From the NCBI GenBank assembly GCA_016932855.1, contig JAFGCB010000027.1, positions 2,721-66,720 on the forward strand: DNA of 64,000 nucleotides. The letters run 5' to 3'. Positions 49,155 through 57,406 of the stretch are shown here, in pieces. Position numbers and translations under genes: made by a program. Origin of the DNA: Candidatus Omnitrophota bacterium. GTDB lineage: Bacteria > Omnitrophota > Gorgyraeia > Duberdicusellales > Duberdicusellaceae. The stretch's first letter is position 1, and every line of letters starts with the position of its first letter. The notes below the pieces were generated by a model. That model did no database searches and had not been told where the DNA came from. It was given only the letters and a program-made list of their open reading frames with translations.

Positions 49155-49955
49155 ATGCCCGAGCTTCCGGAAGTCGAGACAATAAAAAGAGATTTAGAGA
49201 AAAAAATATTAGGCAAGAAAATAATCGCTATAGAGGCAGATAAGCCGAAAGTGATAAAAGAGCCTTCTTTAGATAAGTTCAGGAAAGGATTGGTCGGGAA
49301 AAGACCCAAGGAGGTTATAAGAAAGGCGAAAGTTCTTATAATAAAATTTGAAGATAATAAGTTTTTAGTGATCCACCTAAGGATATCCGGCTGGCTTCAA
49401 TACGGCAAAAAAGAAGATAAAGCCCGGGTTTTGTTTAAGCTTTCCGACGGCAAATACTTAAATTATATGGATCAGAGGCTGCTGGGGGAACTTAGGCTGC
49501 GCAGCGATTACAAGGATTTGAAATTCATACAAAGGCTGGGGCCTGAGCCCTTTGAGTTGAGCCTTAAGGAGTTTAAAGACATTATAAGAACAAAGAAGAC
49601 AAAGATAAAACCTTTATTGATGGACCAGGCGGTTATTTCCGGAATCGGTAATATATACGCCCAGGAAAGTCTTTTTGAATCCAAGATTTTGCCTACAAGG
49701 CAAAGTCTTTCTTTAAAGGACAGGGAGATTTCTTTATTGTATAAAAATATACGAGGAGTTTTAAATAAAGCCATACAAAACCGTGGGTCTTCAGTCGATA
49801 CCTACAGGGATATAGACGGCCGTACAGGAGGAATGGAGGAAAAGCTTAGGGTCTACGGACGGCAAAACGAACCTTGTTTTAAATGTAGGCGTTCCATAAA
49901 AAAAATAAACTTAGGCGGCCGGGGAACTTGTTTCTGCCCTAGCTGTCAACACTGA
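49155..49955 (+). CDS. mutM: Formamidopyrimidine-DNA glycosylase
   Basis: MPELPEVET N-terminus, H2TH region, C-terminal zinc finger CFKCRRSI...CFCPSCQ. Confidence 0.9.
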   Translation: MPELPEVETIKRDLEKKILGKKIIAIEADKPKVIKEPSLDKFRKGLVGKRPKEVIRKAKVLIIKFEDNKFLVIHLRISGWLQYGKKEDKARVLFKLSDGKYLNYMDQRLLGELRLRSDYKDLKFIQRLGPEPFELSLKEFKDIIRTKKTKIKPLLMDQAVISGIGNIYAQESLFESKILPTRQSLSLKDREISLLYKNIRGVLNKAIQNRGSSVDTYRDIDGRTGGMEEKLRVYGRQNEPCFKCRRSIKKINLGGRGTCFCPSCQH

Positions 49956-49984
49956 GTCAACGCTGAGCGATTGTTTCCTTTATG

Positions 49985-50013
49985 TCCTATATTCGCGCGA
50001 ATGTGAGAATATA
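49985..50013. promoter_or_regulatory. Palindromic operator copy 1 (core ATTCGCGCGAAT) upstream of pabBC
   Basis: TCCTATATTCGCGCGAATGTGAGAATATAG; perfect 12-bp palindrome at 49991-50002, 33 nt before the start codon. Confidence 0.55.
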
Positions 50014-50034
50014 GATGCCGCATATATATGGTAA

Positions 50035-51879
50035 ATGATGAGAAAGTCACATATTCTCTCCGAAGACGAGGTATTAAAGCATATCCAGCAGCTTAAGGCC
50101 CGGCCGGGAGTATTTTTAGAGACAAGCTTTACCAACAGCGAAAATAATACTTCTTTTCTATTCCAAAAGCCCCAGAAGATTCTCGCCTACTATTTAGGCC
50201 AAAGCATAGATAGTTTTTTCAAAGATTTGCAAAGTTATCTTTCTTCGGGATTTTGGGTTTGCGGGTATTTTGCCTACGAGCTTGGTTATGTTTTTGAGCC
50301 CTTGCTTTTAAGCTTGTTGGAGAACAAAGGCTTTAACTTTCCTTTAGCCTGGTTTGGCGTGTTCAAGGCGCCCTTGATAATTAACCACCGGCACCTCTTA
50401 AATCCTAAAAAAAACCTATTAAATCTTAAGAATAGTTTCGGATTAAGCCGCGGCCGCTTTAACATGGATTTTTCAGAATATAAGAAGAGTTTAGCCAGGA
50501 TTAAAAATTATTTGGCCAAAGGCGACACTTATCAGGTGAATTTTACCCTGAAATATAAATCAGATTTTTGGGGGGACATAAGTCGCTTCTATCTGCATTT
50601 ACGCAGGAAGCAGCCGACCAGTTATTCGGCGTTTTTAAACGACGGCAAGCGGTTCGTTTTATCTTTTTCTCCCGAGTTATTTTTTAGGATAAGAAAAAGC
50701 CGCATCACCACGCGCCCCATGAAAGGCACATATAGGCGGGGCAAGAACGTCGCGGAAGATATGCTAAATGAAAAATTTCTAAAGAATGATTTAAAAAGCC
50801 AGGCTGAAAATATCATGATTGTGGATTTGTTGAGAAATGATTTAGGAAGAATCGCCCGCGAAGGAACCGTAGAGACTTTAAGTTTTTTTGATGTAGAAAA
50901 GTATCCTTCTCTTCTTCAGATGACCTCTACAATAGATGCCAGGTTAAGGAAAAACCTTACCTTAAAAGAGATTTTTGGAGCTATCTTTCCTTCAGGGTCG
51001 GTTACCGGCGCTCCCAAGATAAGGACCATGCAGATAATCGAGGAGCTTGAGAAAGAACCCAGAGATGTATATACCGGATCACTGGGCTTTATCGGGCCCG
51101 GCGGTCAGAGCTGTTTCAACGTTGCCATACGGACGGTTGTTATTGAGAATAGAAGGCTTTGTTTTGGCGTGGGCGGCGGGATAGTCTATGATTCATCGCC
51201 GGTCAGAGAATACCAAGAATGTCTTCTTAAGGCAAATTTTTTAACCGAAAGAAAACAGGAATTTTGTCTTATCGAAACCATGCTTTGGGAAAAGAAAAGA
51301 TTTGTATTATTAAAGCTGCATTTGGAAAGACTGAAGAGCTCTTCAATTTATTTTCAGATTCCTCTGGAGACAGAGAGGCTTAAAAATGATTTAATCCGCC
51401 TCTCAGCGGCTTTTCTTAAAGACAGAAAATACAAGGTTCGCGTCTTGGTAAATACAAAGGGTTCGTGGAAGATTTCCTATTCTTTGCTCAGAGATATAAA
51501 AGGTAAGATTAAGGTTAAGTTATCTAACCTGAGGGTTAATTCCGAGGAAGTTTTTCTTTATCACAAGACTACCAATAGAAAGTTTTATGATGACCAGAGG
51601 AAAGAAGCCTTAGGGCGAGGATTTTTTGAAATTATTTTCGCTAACGAGAAAGGTGAGCTTACCGAAGGTACGATTTCTAATCTATTTCTCCTGCGACGAG
51701 GGTCGCTTTTTACTCCGCCCTTATCTTCAGGGGTCCTTCCCGGAGTATTACGGCAGCATCTTTTAATGAAGAACAAGGCAAAGGAAGAGATTCTTTTCCC
51801 CCGGGATATTTTTAAAGCGCAGAAAGCATTTATAGGAAATTCAGTAAGGGGACTTGTGCCCGTTGACATAGTAATATAA
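50035..51879 (+). CDS. Aminodeoxychorismate synthase component I fused to aminodeoxychorismate lyase (PabB-PabC fusion)
   Basis: N-terminal chorismate-binding domain (GDTYQVNFT, SFSPELFF, PSGSVTGAPKIRTMQII, GGGIVYDS). C-terminal ~230 aa class IV aminotransferase/ADC lyase fold. Confidence 0.7.
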   Translation: MMRKSHILSEDEVLKHIQQLKARPGVFLETSFTNSENNTSFLFQKPQKILAYYLGQSIDSFFKDLQSYLSSGFWVCGYFAYELGYVFEPLLLSLLENKGFNFPLAWFGVFKAPLIINHRHLLNPKKNLLNLKNSFGLSRGRFNMDFSEYKKSLARIKNYLAKGDTYQVNFTLKYKSDFWGDISRFYLHLRRKQPTSYSAFLNDGKRFVLSFSPELFFRIRKSRITTRPMKGTYRRGKNVAEDMLNEKFLKNDLKSQAENIMIVDLLRNDLGRIAREGTVETLSFFDVEKYPSLLQMTSTIDARLRKNLTLKEIFGAIFPSGSVTGAPKIRTMQIIEELEKEPRDVYTGSLGFIGPGGQSCFNVAIRTVVIENRRLCFGVGGGIVYDSSPVREYQECLLKANFLTERKQEFCLIETMLWEKKRFVLLKLHLERLKSSSIYFQIPLETERLKNDLIRLSAAFLKDRKYKVRVLVNTKGSWKISYSLLRDIKGKIKVKLSNLRVNSEEVFLYHKTTNRKFYDDQRKEALGRGFFEIIFANEKGELTEGTISNLFLLRRGSLFTPPLSSGVLPGVLRQHLLMKNKAKEEILFPRDIFKAQKAFIGNSVRGLVPVDIVI

Positions 51880-51929
51880 ATTGTTGAAGATTTTAAAAAT
51901 TAGGCTAGAATAAAAGAAGACTTTACGTA

Positions 51930-51960
51930 TATATTCTATCATTCGCGTGAATGGAAGAAT
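51930..51960. promoter_or_regulatory. Palindromic operator copy 2 (ATATTCTATCATTCGCGTGAATGGAAGAATA) upstream of the ArsR-family gene
   Basis: Extended inverted repeat TATTCT-N3-ATTCGCG/CGTGAAT-N3-AGAATA. Lies downstream of a candidate TTGAAG-N16-TAGAAT promoter. Confidence 0.55.
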
Positions 51961-51963
51961 AAG

Positions 51964-52239
51964 ATGAAAATCGAAAGCATTTTTAAAGCCTTAGGAAGCA
52001 CGCGCCGCATCAGGATATTGAAGATCCTCTTAAAATCCGATAAGTTGTCGGTGGGCGAGATATCTCAAAAAATAGACCTTTCTTTAAAAAGCACCTCCAA
52101 GCACCTTTTACTTTTAGAAAAACTGGATTTAGTTAAACGCGAACAGAAAAGTAGGTGGGGTTTTTACAGCTACAGCACGAAAGCCTCGGTGGATAGGATT
52201 AAGAAGATCTTGGAGCTGGCGGAACTTCTTGTGCGGTAG
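51964..52239 (+). CDS. ArsR/SmtB family transcriptional regulator (no metal-binding cysteines)
   Basis: 91 aa; winged HTH ...RRIRILKILLKSDKLSVGEISQKIDLSLKSTSKHLLLLEKLDLVKRE... Confidence 0.7.
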   Translation: MKIESIFKALGSTRRIRILKILLKSDKLSVGEISQKIDLSLKSTSKHLLLLEKLDLVKREQKSRWGFYSYSTKASVDRIKKILELAELLVR

Positions 52240-52256
52240 GAAGGCCGGACTAAGCT

Positions 52257-52290
52257 TATTCTAATATTCGCGCGAAAGTGAGAACATAGC
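52257..52290. promoter_or_regulatory. Palindromic operator copy 3 (TTATTCTAATATTCGCGCGAAAGTGAGAACATAG) upstream of pyrK
   Basis: Core ATTCGCGCGAAA at 52266-52277 with flanking TATTCT / AGAACA arms. Confidence 0.5.
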
Positions 52291-52302
52291 AAGAGCAGGT
52301 TT

Positions 52303-53079
52303 ATGAGGAGAATAGAGGCAAGCGCAGTTTCTTTAAAAAAAGTAAAGGAAGAGACGTTTTTATTGAGTTTTAAATCTTCTTATATCGCGCAAAAGGCTTC
52401 GCCCGGACAGTTTCTTCATTTAAGAATCGACCCTTTAAGGCTTCTTCTTCGCAGGCCGCTTAGTATTCATAGGATAGAGGGGCAAAAGATAGATATACTT
52501 TTTAGATTAAGAGGCAAGGGCACAAGGAAGTTATCGCTCACTAAAAAAGGGGATACCTTAGATATTCTTGGACCTTTAGGAAGAGGGTTTAACTACACCG
52601 ATAAAAACATACAAGGCAAAGTTAAGATTCTTGTGGCCGGCGGTATGGGGGTTGCGCCTCTGTTTTTTTTAGCCCAGAAGCTAACCGCCTACCGCGATGT
52701 CCTGGTCTTGTTGGGAGCCGCGACAAAGAAAGAGATACTATGCAAGAAAGACTTTCAGAAGTTAGGTTGCAAAGTCTTAATAGCCACCGAAGACGGCTCC
52801 CTTGGTTTTAAAGGTAGGGTTACTGTCTTGCTGAAACATCTTCTTACTACTCAGTACTCGGCACTCAGTACTGTTATATATGCCTGCGGCCCGACTGAAA
52901 TGCTCTTTAGTCTTAGACCGATTTTAAAGACGGCGCCAAGAGCGGTCTGTCAGGTTTCTTTTGAACAGTTTATGGGTTGCGGAATAGGGGTTTGCAGGGC
53001 CTGTGTTATTAAAACAGCCAAGGGTTATCGGAGAATTTGCAAAGAAGGCCCGGTGTTTGACATAAAAGATATTTCTTAA
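52303..53079 (+). CDS. pyrK: Dihydroorotate dehydrogenase electron-transfer subunit
   Basis: 258 aa; FAD-binding RPLSI, NAD-binding GGMGVAPL, C-terminal 2Fe-2S cysteines CGIGVCRAC. Confidence 0.8.
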   Translation: MRRIEASAVSLKKVKEETFLLSFKSSYIAQKASPGQFLHLRIDPLRLLLRRPLSIHRIEGQKIDILFRLRGKGTRKLSLTKKGDTLDILGPLGRGFNYTDKNIQGKVKILVAGGMGVAPLFFLAQKLTAYRDVLVLLGAATKKEILCKKDFQKLGCKVLIATEDGSLGFKGRVTVLLKHLLTTQYSALSTVIYACGPTEMLFSLRPILKTAPRAVCQVSFEQFMGCGIGVCRACVIKTAKGYRRICKEGPVFDIKDIS

Positions 53080-53104
53080 ATACCGCATAGAAAAGGGAGG
53101 TGTA

Positions 53105-54256
53105 ATGGATAAGCCTTTCATTTCAATCATTGTTCCGGTAAGAAATGCTCAAAGGACGATTAATACAACATTTGAATATTTGATGGATATAGAGTATCCT
53201 CAGGAGCGAATGGAAATGGTTTTTGCTGACGGGGGCAGTAGCGACGATACGGTTAAGGTTATAAAGAAGTACCAGGAAACACATCCTTTCATTACGCTTG
53301 TGGAAATACCCGATTGTCCTTCACCCGGCTTTGCCCGGACACAGGCTTTGAAGGTAGCTAAAGGGGATTTTATATTTTTTACTGACGGTGACTGCGCGCC
53401 GGTTGAGGACTGGGTTGACAAGATGCTAGAGGTGTTTAATAAAGATGAAAAAATCGGCGCGGTAGGCGGCGAAATTTATACTTTGCGGGTTGACCCCAAC
53501 AATTTAGTGGAGATTTACTGCGAAGCCTTCGGTTTTAATAGAGTGTCCTGGCGTTACGGAAATCTACAGGAAGGGCTTTTTCCCGAACTGACGGATAAGT
53601 CACCTACTCAGGTCTGCGGCCACCGGGCATACTTTTTTGTAACCGCAAACGTCGCTTATAGAAAAGAAGCGGTAGAGGACGGCGAACGCAGATTCTGGGA
53701 ATTGCCTACCGGCGAAGACATTGACTTTGGTTTACGGGTAAGGCAAAAAGAATGGAAATTTTACTTTCTGCCCCAGGCTTCCGTAAGACACATGCATAGA
53801 GCGGATTTAAAGGCTCTCCTGCGGGTCTGGGCAAGCTATAGCAGGGCTCATCCGCCTTTAATAAACGCGCACGCAAGCAAGTATATGGAGATAATCCTGC
53901 AATTCCTGGGCGCATATCCTAATAACCCCTGTTTAAAGTTCAAATTTCCGATTAAAGGGTTTGTCTATATAGGAAATTTCCATCTTATGCATCTATTCGG
54001 ATTATTGTTTATCGGGGGCTTAATAGGAATTTTTGTCTCATCACCGGGGTTTTGGTGGAAGCTGACAACTTTTATCAGCTTATTTTTAAGCCTCGTGTTT
54101 ACATTTAAATTTTTCCGGGCCGGCTTTAGGATAGAACCTTATAACGCCTGGCCTTCTTTTTGCAAGATGAAATATTTAACTAACCTTTATTTTATGCTGG
54201 GAGGGTTTAAAGGGATAAAGAAGTATAAAGTTTTGTGCATAGAGCCTAGTTTTTAG
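53105..54256 (+). CDS. Family 2 glycosyltransferase with C-terminal membrane domain
   Basis: SIIVPVRNAQRTI ... FTDGDC (DxD) ... C-terminal hydrophobic helices. Confidence 0.7.
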   Translation: MDKPFISIIVPVRNAQRTINTTFEYLMDIEYPQERMEMVFADGGSSDDTVKVIKKYQETHPFITLVEIPDCPSPGFARTQALKVAKGDFIFFTDGDCAPVEDWVDKMLEVFNKDEKIGAVGGEIYTLRVDPNNLVEIYCEAFGFNRVSWRYGNLQEGLFPELTDKSPTQVCGHRAYFFVTANVAYRKEAVEDGERRFWELPTGEDIDFGLRVRQKEWKFYFLPQASVRHMHRADLKALLRVWASYSRAHPPLINAHASKYMEIILQFLGAYPNNPCLKFKFPIKGFVYIGNFHLMHLFGLLFIGGLIGIFVSSPGFWWKLTTFISLFLSLVFTFKFFRAGFRIEPYNAWPSFCKMKYLTNLYFMLGGFKGIKKYKVLCIEPSF

Positions 54257-54341
54257 ACAATTGTAGAAATTTTAAAATTATCATTGCAGAGCTAATATTT
54301 AAAATTTAATTTAATGCGCAGAGTACATATTGGGAGGTAGT

Positions 54342-54698
54342 ATGTGGAGTTTATATTTAATTTTCGGTTTATTCGCCGGGATATGCGGAGGCCTTTTCGG
54401 AATAGGAGGAGGAAGTATTCTTATCCCGATTTTTGTCTATCTTCTGGGGTTTACCCAACACCAGGCTCAAGGCACCACCCTGGCTATAATGGTTCCTCCC
54501 ATAGGTCTTCTGGCAGCCTTGCGCTATTACTGGCAGGGTAATGTTAAGCTTTCCATAGCTCTTTTTGTATGCGTAGGATTTTTTATCGGAGGCCTCTTTG
54601 GCGCGGAAATCGCTAACCGGATAAACGAGCCTCTTCTTAAAAAATTCTTTGGAGTATTTTTGCTTCTTGTGTCGTTAAAAATGATGTTCGGAAAATAA
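54342..54698 (+). CDS. TauE/SafE (DUF81) family small membrane transporter
   Basis: Four TM helices with GxxGGxFGxGGG motif (GICGGLFGIGGGSI). GGAGG SD 5 nt upstream of ATG 54342. Confidence 0.65.
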   Translation: MWSLYLIFGLFAGICGGLFGIGGGSILIPIFVYLLGFTQHQAQGTTLAIMVPPIGLLAALRYYWQGNVKLSIALFVCVGFFIGGLFGAEIANRINEPLLKKFFGVFLLLVSLKMMFGK

Positions 54699-54706
54699 CG
54701 GCGATA

Positions 54707-55624
54707 ATGGCCAGAAAGAAAATAAGCTTAAGCACAAATTTCAGAGGTTTACGGCTAAAAAATCCTGTTGTTCTTTGTTCAGGGACTGCCGGCTTCGGGT
54801 TGGAGTTAGAGGAGATTTTTGATTTTAAAAATATAGGGGCTATTGTAACCAAGACTTTAACTCTTAGGCCCCAAGCGGGAAATCCTCCTCCTAGAATAGC
54901 TGAAACTGCCTCGGGCGTCTTAAACTCAATCGGTCTAGAAAACTTAGGGCTTAAGAGTTTTCTCGGAGAATTTAATAAATTAAAGAGATTGCCCGCAGAT
55001 ATAATAGTAAGCGTATATGCTCATACTAAAGAAGATTTTAAAAAAATGATTCTTCGGCTTGATGAAGAAAGACATATAAAGGCTATTGAGCTTAATTTTT
55101 CCTGTCCCAATCTGCGGATTAAAAAAATGATTTCTCAGTCCGCCCAGCTTACCGCGAGTTTTGTTAAATATATAAGGAAGGCGACAAAGAAAGTTCTTAT
55201 TGCCAAGCTTACGCCGGAGGTTACCGACATAGTCAAAGTCGCCAAAAGCGCTTACGAGGCCGGCATAGACGGCCTTTCCTTGGTGAATACTTTTTCGGGA
55301 ATAAAAATAGACACAACAACAAAAAAGCCGTTTTTAGGAAATGTATTCGGGGGCCTTTCCGGACCGGCGATAAAACCCCTTGCTTTGGCCAGGGTATTTA
55401 GAGTCTATAAGGAATTAAAAATACCGATTATTGCTTCGGGCGGTATATTTGATTACCAGGACGCTCTGGAATTTATTTTTGCGGGAGCAACTTGCATAGG
55501 ATTAGGCACCGCGAATTTAATAGACCCCGATGCCCCCCGGCGCATCCTAAAAGATTTGACTTTTTATATGGAAAGGAATAGAATTTCTAGCCTGGAAGAA
55601 ATAAGAGGCGTAGCTCATGGGTGA
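54707..55624 (+). CDS. pyrD: Dihydroorotate dehydrogenase catalytic subunit (class 1B)
   Basis: 305 aa; ...ELNFSCPNL..., GLSLVNT, IIASGGI motifs. Confidence 0.9.
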   Translation: MARKKISLSTNFRGLRLKNPVVLCSGTAGFGLELEEIFDFKNIGAIVTKTLTLRPQAGNPPPRIAETASGVLNSIGLENLGLKSFLGEFNKLKRLPADIIVSVYAHTKEDFKKMILRLDEERHIKAIELNFSCPNLRIKKMISQSAQLTASFVKYIRKATKKVLIAKLTPEVTDIVKVAKSAYEAGIDGLSLVNTFSGIKIDTTTKKPFLGNVFGGLSGPAIKPLALARVFRVYKELKIPIIASGGIFDYQDALEFIFAGATCIGLGTANLIDPDAPRRILKDLTFYMERNRISSLEEIRGVAHG

Positions 55625-56288
55625 TTTGGCCTGGCAGAGATTAATAGTAGCTTTAGACTGTGAAGATAAGATAAAAATAAAGAGAATTCTTGCCGCCCTT
55701 TGCCCTAAAGTCAAAAAATTCAAGATAGGTTTAATTTCCTATGTAAGATTCGGCCCAAGTTTAATAAAGATGGTAAAAAACTCAGGCGCCGATGTATTTC
55801 TTGATTTAAAATTTTTCGATATACCCAATACCATGGAAAAAGCAGCTTTTTCTGCGGCAGAGCTCGGAGCATGGGCCCTCACAGTACATATAAAGGCAGG
55901 AATAGATTCGCTTTGCCGGCTAAAAAAAGCCTTAGCAGATTTTTGCAGAAAGAAAAAGCTAAAAAGGCCTTTAATTTTGGGGGTTTCCGAGCTTACCAGT
56001 GAATCGTGCTCAAAAGACAAGGTTTTAAGATTAGCCGGCTTAGCTTCCAAAGCAAAACTAGACGGGATTATTTGTTCGCCTAAAGAGGCTCCTTTTATAA
56101 AGAAAAAATATAAAAACTTAAAAATAATTACTCCGGGCATAAGAAGTAACCAGGATTTAAAACAGGATCAGAAAAGGACCTCTAGCGCCAAAGAGGCTCT
56201 TAAAGCTGCTGATTATATAGTTGTGGGCAGACCCATAATAGGCAAAAGAGATTGTCTTAAGGCGGCCAAAGAAATATTAAGTTATTAA
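55617..56288 (+). CDS. pyrF: Orotidine 5'-phosphate decarboxylase
   Basis: LIVALDCED...DLKFFDIPNTM...ITPGIRS. Confidence 0.85.
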   Translation: MGDLAWQRLIVALDCEDKIKIKRILAALCPKVKKFKIGLISYVRFGPSLIKMVKNSGADVFLDLKFFDIPNTMEKAAFSAAELGAWALTVHIKAGIDSLCRLKKALADFCRKKKLKRPLILGVSELTSESCSKDKVLRLAGLASKAKLDGIICSPKEAPFIKKKYKNLKIITPGIRSNQDLKQDQKRTSSAKEALKAADYIVVGRPIIGKRDCLKAAKEILSY

Positions 56289-56310
56289 TTTGCTAAAAGA
56301 GGGGAAGTTT

Positions 56311-56913
56311 ATGGAAGTAAAATTAGAAAATCTTATAGAGAAAATTAAGCAGGAAGGCGTTGAGGAAGCCAAGAAAATATCGCAAGAGATTATTCGTAAG
56401 TCCGAAGAAGATAGCCGGTCGTTGATTGAAGATGCCCAGAGGCAGGCTAGCCAGATTATCGAGGAGGCTAAGCTTAAAGCCGAAAAGCTTAAGGCTAATT
56501 CCCATTCAGCATTGCAGCAGGCTTCAAGAGATATGATTCTGGTTTTGAATGATAAAATCCGCGGGTTGTTTGACCAGGTATTTAAAAAAGAGATAGCCAA
56601 AACCCTGACGCCCGATTTCTTAAAAGGGCTTATAACCGGAATAGTCGAAGACTGGGCCAGAGGTAAAAAGACAGAGTTTGTCGTAAGCCCTAAGGATGTC
56701 GACAATCTTAAGGAATTGGTGCTTTCCGGATTAAGAGAAGAACTTAAAAATAACCTTGTTATTAAAACCGATGATCGGGTAAACAAAGGTTTCCGCGTGG
56801 GCCTTAAAGGCGATAATGTTTATTATGACTTTACCGAAGAAGGTATAAAAGAGGTTTTGGAAGAGTTTTTAAGCCCGGTTCTGGTAAAAATACTTAAAAA
56901 CGATAATGGATAA
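56311..56913 (+). CDS. atpE: V-type ATPase subunit E
   Basis: Coiled-coil, charge-rich ~200 aa protein at the head of a V-ATPase operon. ATG 56311 preceded by GAGGGGAAG (the track start 56290 is a TTG). Confidence 0.65.
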   Translation: MEVKLENLIEKIKQEGVEEAKKISQEIIRKSEEDSRSLIEDAQRQASQIIEEAKLKAEKLKANSHSALQQASRDMILVLNDKIRGLFDQVFKKEIAKTLTPDFLKGLITGIVEDWARGKKTEFVVSPKDVDNLKELVLSGLREELKNNLVIKTDDRVNKGFRVGLKGDNVYYDFTEEGIKEVLEEFLSPVLVKILKNDNG

Positions 56914-57406
56914 ATATTACTACTTAGCCAGCCAGCTTCCTTTTTTAAGATTCGCGGACAGGACCCATCTTGACAGTAAATCCTTCTTAAAGGAAGCGGA
57001 GAAATGGCTTTGCGTTGGGGATTTTTCTATTTTATCGGGCGTAAACCTCAATGATTTTTCTTTAAAGCCACAAGACCCAACGGTCTTAAAAGCCTATAAA
57101 GAGTTTGAGCTTGGTCTACGTGAAAGTTTTTCTTTATGGAGAAAGTCACGGAAAGAAGGAAGCGAAGAAAGGGTATCGGCTTTTCCTCTTTCTTTGGTAA
57201 AAGAAGGCACGCCTTTAGAAGCGGAGACCAGGCTTTTGCATTGGCGATGGAAATTTATCGAAGAAAAAGAAGAGGGCCATTATTTTGATTTAACTTTTCT
57301 TATTATTTATCTTTTAAAATTGCAGATATTGGAAAGATTATTTACCTTTGATAAAGAAAAAGGCAGAAAAAAGTTTGAGGAACTCTGCAAGGTGAGCTAT
57401 GCCTGA
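56906..57406 (+). CDS. DUF2764-like protein conserved in bacterial V-type ATPase operons
   Basis: 166 aa; occupies the E-x-A slot, as in chlamydial/spirochaetal V-ATPase operons. Confidence 0.5.
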   Translation: MDKYYYLASQLPFLRFADRTHLDSKSFLKEAEKWLCVGDFSILSGVNLNDFSLKPQDPTVLKAYKEFELGLRESFSLWRKSRKEGSEERVSAFPLSLVKEGTPLEAETRLLHWRWKFIEEKEEGHYFDLTFLIIYLLKLQILERLFTFDKEKGRKKFEELCKVSYA

